Below the pieces are notes generated by a model. That model was not told where the DNA came from. It did no database searches and worked only from the letters and a program-made list of their open reading frames with translations. From Marsupella aquatica (Eukaryota > Plantae > Marchantiophyta), in contig OZ316893.1 of the NCBI GenBank assembly GCA_973895155.1, forward strand, positions 992,860 through 1,056,859: a DNA stretch of 64,000 bases, written 5' to 3'. The position numbers were made by a program, and so were the translations under genes. Below, piece by piece: positions 1 to 12,099 of the stretch. Each line of letters begins with the position of its first letter. Within the stretch, counting starts at the first letter, position 1.

Positions 1-3000
1 TTTAAGAAGTGGAAGGCCCAAGTGGAGAATCAGACTGGAAACACGGTCAAGTGTTTGGATACAAGGGTGAAGAGTCTGAGGTCAGACAACAGCGGGGAGT
101 ACACTTCAGTGGAATTTGAAGAGTACTATTCAGAACAGGGAATAACTCGCCATCTCACCACAGTTTATACTCCGCAGCAGAATGTGTCGCTGAGAGGCTC
201 AATCGGACACTGTTGGAGCGGTCATAGAGTATGTTGAGCCAATCAGGTTTACCACAAGAATTTTGGGCAGAAGCTATCAATACCGCAACTTATTTGGTAA
301 ATCTTTCTCTTTCTAGTGCTGTCAATTTCAAAACGCCGTTTGAGATGCGCTATAAGCGGCAAGCAGACTATCATGGCTTGGTAGTTTTTGGAAGTGATGC
401 ATATGCTCTCACACCGAAGCAAAATAGGACCAAGTTGGATCCTACCTCCAAGAAATATGTTTTTCTTGGGTACCAGAGTGGTGTGAAAACCTATAGGCTA
501 TGGGATCCTATTGCCTGTAAGCTCGTTGTTAGTAGGGATGTTTCCTTCAATGAATCCAGATTATTAAAGGAGGGGGAGAATACTCAGGTCTCCAATACTG
601 ACAAAGGAAAATCTCCTAGCCCGGATCTCGTTGAGGGGGAGATTGATCATGAGATGCATGACCGGAGAGAAGGAGTTGCTCCAATTATGGAGTTGGTTCC
701 TATGCCAGAGGAACCAGAGGAGTTTGTTGATACTGGTGAGCAACAAGTGGATGCTGCAGAGCTTCAAATTGTACCAGCACACGCAGATCAACCGGAGTCA
801 TCGGCTAGAAGAGCATCTGGTCACACTGTACGCGCTCCACCAAGGTATGGACAGTGGGTTGATTCATCTCAGTTGCAAGAGGAGAATTTTGTTACTGACG
901 ATGAGGGTAATGCGTTGATTTTGGAAGAAGGTGAACCTTCTTATTTCATGAAGCAAGTGCTTCAAAAGAGAAGCAAGAGTGGACTGCAGCTATGCAAACG
1001 AAGATGCAGTCACTGAAGGACAACAAAACTTGGAAGCTTGTCAAGCTGCCTGAGGTACAGCAAGTGATGGACAACAAGTGAATATACAAGCTGAAGGATC
1101 AGTCCACAGGAGGTGGATCGAAGGTCTACAAGGCTAGGTTGGTAGCCAAGGGATTCACACAGGAAAAAGGTATGGATTACAATGAGGTCTTCTCACTAGT
1201 TGCTAAGTACTCAACAATACGGCTACTGTGTGTGCTTGTTGTTATGTTTGGTCTGCTGCTAGATCAGATGGATGTTGTTATAGCTTTCCTCTATGGCACC
1301 TTGGAAGAGGTGATCTTCATGAGACAGCCGCTAGGTTTTGTGAAGAAAGGGCAAGAGGATTTAGTTTACAGATTGCTGAGATCCTTGTACGGGTTGAAGC
1401 AATCACCAAGACAGTGGAATAAGCGGTTTGATGATTGGATTCGTGCACAAGGCTTTCACAGGAGTGTGTTTGACCCATGTGTGTATCTTAAACCGATGAA
1501 GAATGTTGTCTTTGGGTTCATTGTTTTAGTACTTTATGTGGATGACATGCTAATTACAGCCAAGGATAGGTCTGAGATTGTTAAGCTCAAGGCACTGCTT
1601 AGTGCAGAGTTTAAGATGAAGGACTTAGGGCCAGCTAAGAGGATTTTGGGTATGGAGATCACTAGGGACTTGGAGGCTGGCAAACTATGGTTGACGCATA
1701 GCAGTTATGCGAGGAAGGTAATTGCAAGGTTCAACATGGGGAATAGCAAGCCAGTAAGTACCCCGTTGGCTCCACACTTCAAGTTATCATCAGCTTTCTA
1801 TCCTACGGATGACACTGCGAAGGGATTGATGTCAAAGGTTCTGTATGACAAGGCAGTGGGGAGTCTCATGTATTTGATGACTTGCACTAGACCTGATCTT
1901 GCCATGGATATGGGCAAGGTGAGCAGGTACATGTCAAATCCAGGGAAGGTACACTGGGAAGCAGTGAAGTGGATTATTCGGTATTTGAAGGGTACCGTGG
2001 ATCATGGTCTACTGTTTGATGCACATGCTGATAATGCTAGATCATTGATGCTGATTATGCACAGGATCTGGATCGGAGGAGGTCAACAACAGGTTATGTG
2101 TTCACACTGGGAGGTGGATGCATAAGTTGGAGGTCTACTACTTGCAGAAGTGTATTGCTCAGTCTACTACAGAAGCGGAATATGTTGCAGCAGCGGAAGC
2201 AACAAAGGAAGCGATTTGGTTGGACAGACTTATCACTGAGATGGGATTACCACAGGGGAATGTGAAGCTCCATTGTGATAGTCAGAGTGCACTCCACCTT
2301 GCTGTGAACCAGGTGATGGACAGCAGAGTGAAGCACATCGACGTCAGGTACCATTTTATCAGGCAAGCTGTGTCTGAAAATATGTTTGAGCTAGTCAAGA
2401 TTGACGGTAAACTCAACCCGACTGACGCTTTTACCAAAGTGATTCCTTGGGAGAGTTTTTCTAGACACCGTGATGCGTTGCAGGTTTTGCAATTGCCTCA
2501 CAAGTAGGGTTACTTAACATTTGTGTAGATACTGAGATATGCTCTTGCTCATTCCTTGTATAGGCTACGACTTAGTTCTGGTTTACTCTCGTATAAAGAG
2601 GGAAAAATCGGTTTGGTTTTTCTTTCCAGAACTTCCCGCTGAGTAATCATATTGGTAGCGGTCTTTACCCTCCCCTAGACCAGAGTCAAGGGGGAGATTG
2701 TTAGGATTTACTCTTAGGTCTAGAGTTACGACTGTACCGTAGTTAAGGCTAATCTTAGTCGTAGACTTGGTTAGGTTAGTCATGCTGTGCACACTCTATA
2801 ACCAAGCGGTGTTTGCTTGGAGAGGGGGAACTCAGGCTCATTGTTACGGAGCTAGTTGAGAGATAGAGAGAGCTTGCGCTGTGGATGCTTGGTATGGCCG
2901 GTCGGCCTAGAGTGCAGTAAAGCTCATGTGTGTTCCCGTGGACGTAGCCTCATGTGGAGGTGAACCACGTATCTCTCTGTGTCGACTATTGTGCGTTGGA

Positions 3001-3043
3001 TGGTTCATGGGCTTGCCGTTGCGATTGTCGTCTATGCTCAACA
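1..3043 (+). mobile_element. Ty1/copia LTR retrotransposon, 3' part (integrase-RT-RNaseH, frameshifted) with PPT and 3' LTR
   Basis: Integrase motifs (LRSDNSGEY, TPQQN, WAEA, KLDP..FLGY) in ORFs 22-237 and 231-1016. RT motifs (LYGLKQSPRQW, LYVDDML) in 1139-2125. RNaseH motifs (STTEAEY, CDSQSA, KHIDVRYHF) in 2118-2507. INT-RT-RH order is copia-type. The reading frame is broken several times. Confidence 0.95.
2699..3043 (+). repeat. 3' LTR of the copia element (345 bp)
   Basis: Preceded by polypurine tract AAGGGGGAGA (2688-2697). Begins TGTT and ends AACA. Its 3' half matches the solo LTR at 53314-53651. Confidence 0.88.
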
Positions 3044-3542
3044 AAGTGCTTATTGAGTCGGGGATCTACTGCCATTTTGTTTTATTCAAAGTTCAAAGTT
3101 CGGGACCTCAAGGGCCGGAAATTTTCCGGCCCTTGCCCTTGCATATCCTCTAAAGACGCCATCAGGATTGCCGGCTTGTCGCTTCGTTTAGAGATGCCAT
3201 GGGTTCATTTGAGAGCCAAAAATCAAAGGACCTTGCACATGCAAGACTCCCCTTAGGTCCCATAGAGCTGAGCTTATAGCTCCTAAAAGAAGAGACTCAC
3301 ATTCTGCTCCAACCCCATCATTAGTTAGAATTAGTAAGTGTACACAGGAACTGGAAATGGTTAACCTAAGAAAACACCTGAAGAGGTTAATAGGGTAGCC
3401 TTATAGGGGCCACCTTGAAACTTTGCAATGGAAATCTGGGATGGGTCAGCAAGATACATGATACTTAGCTTGATACCCTTAATGAGTCGCTTCACAGGCA
3501 GTTTTCTGTCTTTGTCCCAAGGTGGGCAGTACTTTGCCTACA

Positions 3543-3637
3543 GGTAAGCTGTAACCCAACATATCAGTGAATCACTCTGACCACAATTGTTTTGCCTATG
3601 TAAGCTGTAACCCAACTCATCAGTGAATCACTCTGAC
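3543..3637. repeat. Short direct duplication (gtaagctgtaacccaac..atcagtgaatcactctga x2) within a probable TE remnant
   Basis: Two near-identical ~37-bp copies at ~3544 and ~3600. Confidence 0.6.
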
Positions 3638-4426
3638 AGCCTAACTCACATTTGTTGTCCTCCATTCATGGTAATCTCAACTAAACCACCACTAGCCATG
3701 ACAAAACCTGGATCCACCAGGTTTCACCATTAATATTACAACTTTCCTGGAATTGTGGAGCAAATTGGCACTGTAGAGGAGAGGAATCAGTGGAATATGA
3801 AAAATGGAGATGTTTTGGACCCTTGCCCCCTTTATATATGGCCAGTGGCGATTAAAGCTCAGATGGGATGAGGGATGAGCTTACAAGGCAGAATGGTGTG
3901 AAGCTGATGTTTTGGTGTAAACAAGGCGGTCTAGAAATTATTACTCTGGTTGTGTAGAATGATCAGCAACGATGTCACATCCAGTGATTTTTGCTGAATA
4001 TCTATTTATGACATAATGGACCGTTCTTTTGTGCAAAAGGAGCAAACGAACAGGTTTTACTTTGATAACGTAATCAGCACTTGGATGAATCTCTCTCACA
4101 CACACATCTTCTGCCAAGTCGCCAAACAGAGTGGGTGGTTACTTTGCACTAGAAAAAGCACCAAGTAAGTCGGCTGGCGAATCATAGAACCAGCTTACCA
4201 AAAGTGCTGCATGAGAAATCTTTAATAAACTGGGTAATGCAGTCATGTAGAAGGCATTGAGCAAAAAGGTTGATGGTGCTTCGGAAAATTCAGTGTGGCT
4301 TCAGCACATTCGAGAAATGCTTGTGTTGGGTTTCAAAATTGCCGAGGTTATGCAAGGCTAGCAGATGTCGAGCAACTAGAGTCGAATTGGACATGTCCTG
4401 GGACTGATTTCCGTTTGTTTCATACG

Positions 4427-7291
4427 ATGGCTAGCCAAACTTTACCAATCAACTTAGCTGCATCGGAGTGCTCAATTGTGGGCTCATCGTCAGTCTTTCA
4501 GCGAGGGAAGAGTTTGAGGTGTGAAGGAAAAAATCTGTCTCTCTCCTCTTCGGAATCTATTCGTTGTTCATCGGTGTACCACTTCATCCAGAAGCCCAGA
4601 CGAGCTCAAATACTCACAGTGCTATCTTCCGCTAGGACTTGCCCGCAACTTAGAATTGAACTGGCCTTGAGTTGCCGTTCAACTCAGTCCAGCAGCAGCA
4701 GTGGCAGCCTTTCGGATCATAGTAACAGGTACATCTTTAGGTCTTCGAGGTCTTCTCTGTGGAGAGGATTTGGATGTGAGAATGATGGCACCTCATCAAG
4801 TTGGAGGAATCGGAGGAATCGTTGGAAGGGATGGAATTGCAAGGTCAGTGGTAGAAGTGAAGTGGGGAGTGAGGAGTGGATGTCCAAGGGCACTCCTTGC
4901 GAAGTGCTGGGGGTTTCACCAGGCTCCAGTGAAGAGGAGATCAAACTTGCTTTTCGAGCTAGGGTACGGTATGAATTCGTCCCATCAATCCCGTGCGATC
5001 GTTGCTCTTATTCAATACCTTCCTTTCAAACGCTATGAGCGGTTTCTATGGAATCAATCATGCTTAGTTCAATCACTGATAGGAGCGCCATTGCTTCCTT
5101 CGTGATAAGAAGGAATTTACAGAAACCTATTCTAATTCAATCCAAAACAATGGCAGATAAAAGAATACCACCCAGACGTTTACCAGGGTCTGGGAGATGC
5201 GGATGCTATTACACAACGTCTACTGCGAGCATATGAAGTACTGTCCTTTCCTTCGTCCTTCCAAATTCGGTTCACAACGAAGTAGAGTTTGGTTTGAGCT
5301 CCTTCTTCTTATGTCCCTGATGTGATTCTCTCTTCAAGTTCGAGACAGTATCTGTCTGGCCGCTGAAATGAGATCGTTCCTTTCTATTTTGTACAGATTC
5401 TGACAGGCAATCTTGAGAGAACGGTTCTCAGAACGTAAGCACTCTGCACCGTCATGTCGATGTGGTCATACTCCTCGTCGCCCTCATCTGTAATTACTGT
5501 GTTTTATTTTAAATCAATGTGCTGGTTCAGCTCGATTTATTTGTGTCTTGGACAAGACTGGAACTGATGAACATTTTGTTGTATGCTGGCCTATTTATGC
5601 GATGTGAGCATGTCCTTTTGCTAATATTACAAATGCAGGAGGAAGAGTTTTGATCCTTTTGAAGAGCCGGAGTGTGTAGCTGAAGATGTCTTTGTCAACG
5701 AATTCGCTTGCATAGGACGAGGTTTGTCTCTGTGCTACCCCCAAAAAACAAATGTAATGAAATTCCTACCGGCATCCACTATGATTGCTTGAACTTAGTT
5801 GCAGATGCTGTGAATGTCTTGAGAGTCAGCCTTGGCCGTACTTTACTCCGAAAATGTATTAACTTTTCTAATTTGATGAAGTCACATATTTGTATCTGAT
5901 GTGGGGATGCATACGTTGTGCGAAATCCGGTCTGTCAGATTGCTTTTATCGGCCGTTGATAACCTCTTGTCATCTCTGGTAATAATACTTAACAGGATGT
6001 CCATACTCATGCGTGGAGCGGGCTTCCGACGTATTTCAATTTGCTCCTGAAACTGGCTGCGCCCGTGCTTATAACCAGGAATCTGGAAGTAAAGTCCTCC
6101 TTTCAGTTTACCTCCAACTCTCCAATAGATCAAAGAAAATCTATGGGTGAATTTTCTTGAGATGTCAAATCCTCCCCAAATCATTGGACTCAAGTAGAAT
6201 TCTCCCCAAGGAGCTGTTTACTGAATAGTGCATGACTTGGAAGATAGTTTGTTAGCATAAATGCCAGAAACGAGTTCTGGACCGGCTGGTTTGCCTCCGT
6301 TTATTCGTGATCAAATGCAGGTTGAGCCTTAGGTCATGATTCGATGTAGCATCTCCCCTCGTCTTTGTTCATACCAAATTGTAAACAAGATGTTAGTTCT
6401 CTGTTAGTCTTTTTTACAGTAAACGGAGTCATTAAGTGCCACAATGCATAGAGTTTGGGGATTTACGGATATTGAACCACTCAAAGGGGTTGTCTCACCT
6501 GGATACACGATGACGAAATTTGATAGCTGCGTATTCCTTGTAGGGACAGGAGGATATCATGTGCAACTGGCTGTTGGACAATGTCCACGGAACTGCATCC
6601 ACTATGTGACACCTGAACAGAGGTTTCGACTAGAGGAGATTCTCCAGAGGTTAGTCTCTTTTTCATGATTACAATCAATTGTTACTGTCTTCATGGCTAA
6701 ATGGTACATCTGAATACTGTCTTCCCACCATTCATGATGAAGATTTCTAGTTTTAGGAGTGCTGCGCCTGGTAGCTGCCATAAAGTGTTAACTAATTCAC
6801 CCAGAGGGATCTGCTTGCAGTGCCATGGGAGTTACTATCTAAGTGGGCATTCTGCTGCTCATCATCTGTAAGATTACCAGTATGGCACTCAGTGTCCTGG
6901 TGCAAGGTCTAGACAGTCAGAGTCCTGATTACTAACTCTAGGACCAATCAAGATCCTATTTCTGCTGTTGATCCATCCTGCTGGAGTGGAAAGCAACTTC
7001 TTCAAAAAGTACTACCGCTCTTACGTAAAGTCGAACGTGTTTTGGGGATTATTAGGTCTTTCATACACGTAGCACTCCACATCCTTTCAGGAAGATAGTT
7101 GCCTCTAGAACGAATAACAACACAACACTTGTGCTTTGTTGTGTTTTTGCAGTGTCTTGGAAGGCACCGTATATTCAGAGGAGCTTGCTATCATGGATGG
7201 GTTAATTGCACGAGCTAAGTTTGAGAATGGTAGATACAATCCTCCCAAGCGCAAGGCGAAGCAGAGTGAGGACTGGGTGGACTGGTACTGA
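4427..7291 (+). CDS. Chloroplast J-domain protein with 4Fe-4S ferredoxin-like domain (DnaJ-Fer, DJC82-like), 7 exons
   Basis: GT-AG exons join in phase: 4427-4963, 5157-5237, 5397-5434, 5639-5721, 5996-6088, 6544-6649, 7153-7291. Ser/Arg-rich transit-like N-terminus, J domain with HPD (KEYHPDV), DVFVNEFACIGRGCPYSC..CPRNCIHYV Fe-S motif, and C-terminal AKFENGRY..WVDWY as I recall for Arabidopsis DJC82. Confidence 0.9.
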
Positions 7292-8384
7292 GGACATGCC
7301 ATCAGGCTTGTTCGCAGATCGTAAAAACTATAACACGGGCAGTGCGGTAAATAGTAACTCCGGCATTTCTGTGCGGTAGGCCTGGTTCAATGACCTGGGG
7401 TGCATGTCTATGTAAGATAGAGGTCCTTACAAATTTGTCACCATGATGAAAGCAATCAATTTGTAGTTTACAATTCCTTACAAATTGGCAAAGCAAAGTC
7501 AGAAAAGAATTCCGTGCTTCAGTTATTAATTTCTCGATACTTCGAGAATGTATCTATCCAGAGATCTTTTGAGAATATTACAATTGTTCCCCAAATATTA
7601 GTTTTACCGTAAAATCTCGAGTTGCTCAAAGACAAACTGGTGTCAAGTGTTTAGGGTAGACAGAGTCACAATTGTCAAGGGCGTCAGCCCTTCCATCCAC
7701 GCCGTTTACGAGGCTCAGAGCTTCGACCACATCAAGAAAATTCATCGCAACGCATATCTGACTGAACATATTCCACTGAAGAGTTTAATGAGTAGTCTGG
7801 GCACCTGTGTGAGTTGTTGTAGTCCAGACTTTGAATGAACAATCTTCTGTGGGGACAAACGTCAGGTCCCCAATTCGTGGGGAAAGTCAGCGGGAAGGCA
7901 GATCCGTCCGCATATTCAGGAGATCTTATGTCTGACGTGAGTTTACTTGCGAAAACACGACAAGAAGCTGCGTGGAAGATCTTGTTGTCAACCAAAGGTA
8001 ACGTACTACTGAGAGAAGGGAGAACACCTGAAGCATGTATCGCTCCGGGGATGACGCCAAATCTGTCTAGAATTTTGTGGGGGCGGGCACGAATCTTTGC
8101 TCGGATATCGGTGGGAACGAAGAAGCCTCACGTTGAATTGGAGCAAACGGAGGCGCTGCATGGACTTTTTGGTGGCAATGTCACATTCAAGGGCGGACGA
8201 AATATATATCTGCACGGAGGTGTACGTTCATCTCAATGCCAGTGTACGGTCTGAAGAGTACTTCATCGTTCCTGACTCCCATTGTACCTGAGAATTTGAT
8301 CGCTCGCGGCCTCTGCATCGTGACACACTGCTCTGACTATTCTGCAGCCTTCAGCTTTTCGAGCAGCGAGCGCTTACGTCTGTC

Positions 8385-8780
8385 ATGGCGGTTTCGGGTG
8401 TTGCCCTCTGGGCCTATGGCTCTGCGCTCCTCCTCGTTTTCGTGGGGACTGCCAACTGCACAGTGACTAGCTACTCTACCATCTACGGTACCATCCCCAA
8501 ATTGCTCGATGCCCAACTTGATGACAATTCCCTGATAGGAGTTTGTAAACTTTCGGGAGCGTTTTTTACTGGGACAGGTACCTCAATGCAGCTGGACTGT
8601 GGTATTTCGGGCTATAATGTATTTCTTATATTTGGTGAGCCTGATCAGAACAATTTAGTACAACAAATTGTGAGCGTCGCACATCCAAACTTTCAGGGCA
8701 GTTTCTTAACCACGGAATGCATGAGCAATTGCAACTGCAATGGCCAAAATTGTATTACGTGGACAGGTTCGGCTTGGTAG
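8385..8780 (+). CDS. Putative small secreted cysteine-rich protein (131 aa), intronless
   Basis: ATG start, hydrophobic signal-peptide-like N-terminus (ALWAYGSALLLVFVGTANC), 6 further Cys including C-terminal CMSNCNCNGQNC. No family recognised. Confidence 0.5.
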   Translation: MAVSGVALWAYGSALLLVFVGTANCTVTSYSTIYGTIPKLLDAQLDDNSLIGVCKLSGAFFTGTGTSMQLDCGISGYNVFLIFGEPDQNNLVQQIVSVAHPNFQGSFLTTECMSNCNCNGQNCITWTGSAW

Positions 8781-11029
8781 GTGCTACATCAGAATCGATG
8801 ATAGTCACTATCTCCTGTGTGCAAGAGATGCACATAGAGGCGGATGGTTTCGGTGTGAAACAAGCGGAGAAACAAGTTATCATATACACATGCTCGATCA
8901 GCAGATACGGGGGAGCCAGCTAGTAAAATACGTTAGACGCCAAAGATAATGATACTATTCATTAGTTGGATCTGGCTAGAGGTGTGCTACACTTGATGCG
9001 CCAAAGGTTGGCACGCACTTGAGATATCTCAACGTAGTTTATCTACTCAGATCCCGACTTCAGGTTTTCATTGTTGGACAGTATCCAAAAATGTTATAGA
9101 TTGGAGAATATTTGCTGACATAGATGCGATCGATCAATACTCGCGTATTGATAATAAGCTTGGCAGCCTTGAGTAAAAGCTTTCTTTTCATTGAATAACG
9201 AAACGAAAAATATGATTTTGCTTACACCTTTAGCCAAGACGGTGAGTTCCATTGCAAGTTCCTACCTTTGTGTGTATATAAGTGCATGCGAGTAATTTAA
9301 ATCTACCCACAGCTTGAAGTTGTTGAAGAAATTGCTTTGTTGAAAGGTTGGGGCGCATTCCGTCCAAAGGCTTCGATTACATATATATTGCTGAAGCTCA
9401 CTGAGAGTTGCCGTTCAACTGTGTTGTCTGCCGATGGAATGGCAAGGACCATAGATGTACGATCTACATCTGACGAGGGCACGAAAGGTACATGGTACCA
9501 GGAAATAAAGAATGACCAGATGGACCATATTGCTGGCACGGGATGTGTATTTACTCCTTGTTTACACTTCCTGCCCCCTCGACATCGGTGTTAGCAGTCT
9601 GAGAGAAGTGCGTCACATGGCTTGCAAGAGGAGAAGGTCGTTGGGTCTTGGTGACATGCCATCCGGATCGATTGCTCACATGGCAAAACTTTCATTACTC
9701 TCTTCACACAATACCGTGCATGGCCTTCCGCACATCATTTCACACATGTGGCCGCATCCGAGATTCTTTCCACAGAAACTGCGGCGTACTGAGTTTGACC
9801 TTCGTAGTGGTACCCCGCATGTGGGCTGCAGTTCATGAAACGTTGCTTGCCTCTTACCATCAAAGTTGAGCATGCTGTCTTGCTTGTACCCAAGCTCTAG
9901 TGTTTGAGACTGGGTAAAGTTCCACACTCGACAGGATATAAATATTCAGGGCGATGTTTACGCAATAAATCCACAACTCAAGTACAGAACACAACAGAAT
10001 TGATACTTTGAGGTTTACTTACTTTACTAACATACGAGGATTTAAAGCCGCAGTGACGGTCATAACAATCTTAACAGTTAATGCACGACTGTAATTTTGG
10101 TAATAAAGGAAATTTTTGGTAAGAAGGACAACAGTTCTTCTCATCCTGGATCCTGACCTAGAGGGGAAACTGTAAAACATTGGAGCTGCAGCTAAGAAAG
10201 AGTGGTAGTGCCTGTCTTCGGTCATTGCACTTCATAGTGTAGGAAAGATCTTTGATGTAATATTTCATGGGGGGACAAACAGATGCTAAATGCTGTCCTT
10301 TTGAGTTCAAGTCTCTTTGATGGACTCCTAGTTTCTGTCACTTCCACCCGTGAAGCATGTAATGCTACAAATCATGAGAGCTCCAGAACTTGTAGAAGGA
10401 GAGCAACCATTAAAGAAAAGGCTGGTGTATGCATTTGGCAACACATACTTCTTCCGCAAAGAGCTAGGAATACTGAATGTACTTACTGGGTATGTATAAG
10501 ATGAAGGATTCCAGTCAAAATTGTCTGTATGGCTACTGTGTGGAAAGCTTTTCGTTTATATGTTACACCCTGCTAGAATGCATTTTTTAGGATGTGTCCG
10601 AGTTTGACATTGGGCCGTATTCCATGACAGGTATTTGTTTTTGGTTGGTAAAAAAGGGGAGGATTAGATGGCGGGCAGGTGGTTTGGCAACTACCGAAGA
10701 GCTGCTATCCATGGTTCTTGCATAAAACGCCTTTTAGAAGAGGATTGAAAAACATAGTTTTCAGTCTCTTATTTCCAATGCTCTATTGGAGGAAAATAAA
10801 ACACAAGGACCTATATCGATATAGGTTACCCAGGGCGAGCCCTGTTGATTTCCCCTGCTGTTTCGCTCTTCCTTAGGATATTATTTCCTTGTATAAGCCA
10901 GGAGCATGTTCTGCTGATTTTTGAAGGATATAATTTTCCTTCTGAAAGCTGCTGATGCTGGAAATCGAATTGGGTGATTTGACAAATTGTCAAGTTACTT
11001 GATATGATGTTGTTGATCAAGACAATCGC

Positions 11030-11108
11030 ATTATTTGATAATTTCTGCAGATTTCAGTCAGTCAAATTATTTGATGTTTTCTGCAGAATTCAGTCAGTCA
11101 AATTATTT
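11030..11108. repeat. 37-bp tandem duplication (attatttgat..tttctgcag..ttcagtcagtcaa)
   Basis: Two adjacent copies plus the start of a third. Confidence 0.6.
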
Positions 11109-12099
11109 GGTGCGATGCCAAATAAACTACTATATCCTTTGATTATGTCCTCCCATCCATGGATAAGCAGAAATCCAACAGAAGTAATGGGACAGTAAAA
11201 CACATTTTGAGCAAGTTTGAAAAGTTCACTGATTAGGGTTTAGATAGTGTGGAATGTTCCTTTGTTCTGCAGTCATGTTTTGGGTTTTTGGTTAAACCAG
11301 GAGTAGTTAACAAGCTTTTGAACACGTTTCACGACCTTATCTTGCAAATCTGAGAAGCTCAGAACAGTGGAGTTCCATATGGAACTTCATATCCTTTTTG
11401 CTTGATTTCAAATTGTCAACTCGCTTTAAAGCAGAAGAACATGGCCACCTTACTAAAGCTGAAATGTCTAATCACCAACCTTCATCATCAAGCTCTATAA
11501 GATCTCGATACATCCACAAGCCTGGGAGCAAAACGCTTCCTCTGCAAGCCAATGAACTCTGAAACTGATTGCTTAAGTTTTATGCTGGTGGAGGTTGACA
11601 TGGGCAAATTTTATGTTTATGTTTTTGCCTTGTAACATCCAATTGAAATCCATTCAAAAAGACAGCGTACAACAGGGTGGCCCACAAAGGGGGACAACAC
11701 CCTAGGCAAATTTTGATCTTTATACCCTTGATTTTACCGTCTCAGCAACATGAGTTCCCTTCCAGTACCATGCTCACTGCAATGTAGCTACTGTAGTACT
11801 CGTGCAAACCCTTCTTCTGCACTAAAGACAACATTTGACCAAGATATCAAAAGAACTTTCTACAAGAGCTTGATTTCACGCATCTATGATTTCGACTCTA
11901 AAAACCAACCTCGCATAACATTTCTCTTACATGAAGTGGTCTTTCAGCCAGAAGAGGGCTCGTAACAACTCCACATTGCAGAATTTCAACATCAATGTTA
12001 CAGAATTGCAACGACCAAAACCTCGTTGTACCTGCCCTGCCAGTGAGTACTGATTTAGAGTCACTTTCCGCCCAGCCAAAAACAGCTTTCAACCTGGGT

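Noticed and set aside
9337-10500. Possible decayed gene fragments (e.g. GTWYQEIKNDQMDHIAG)
   Set aside because: Too short and interrupted to assign to a family by eye.
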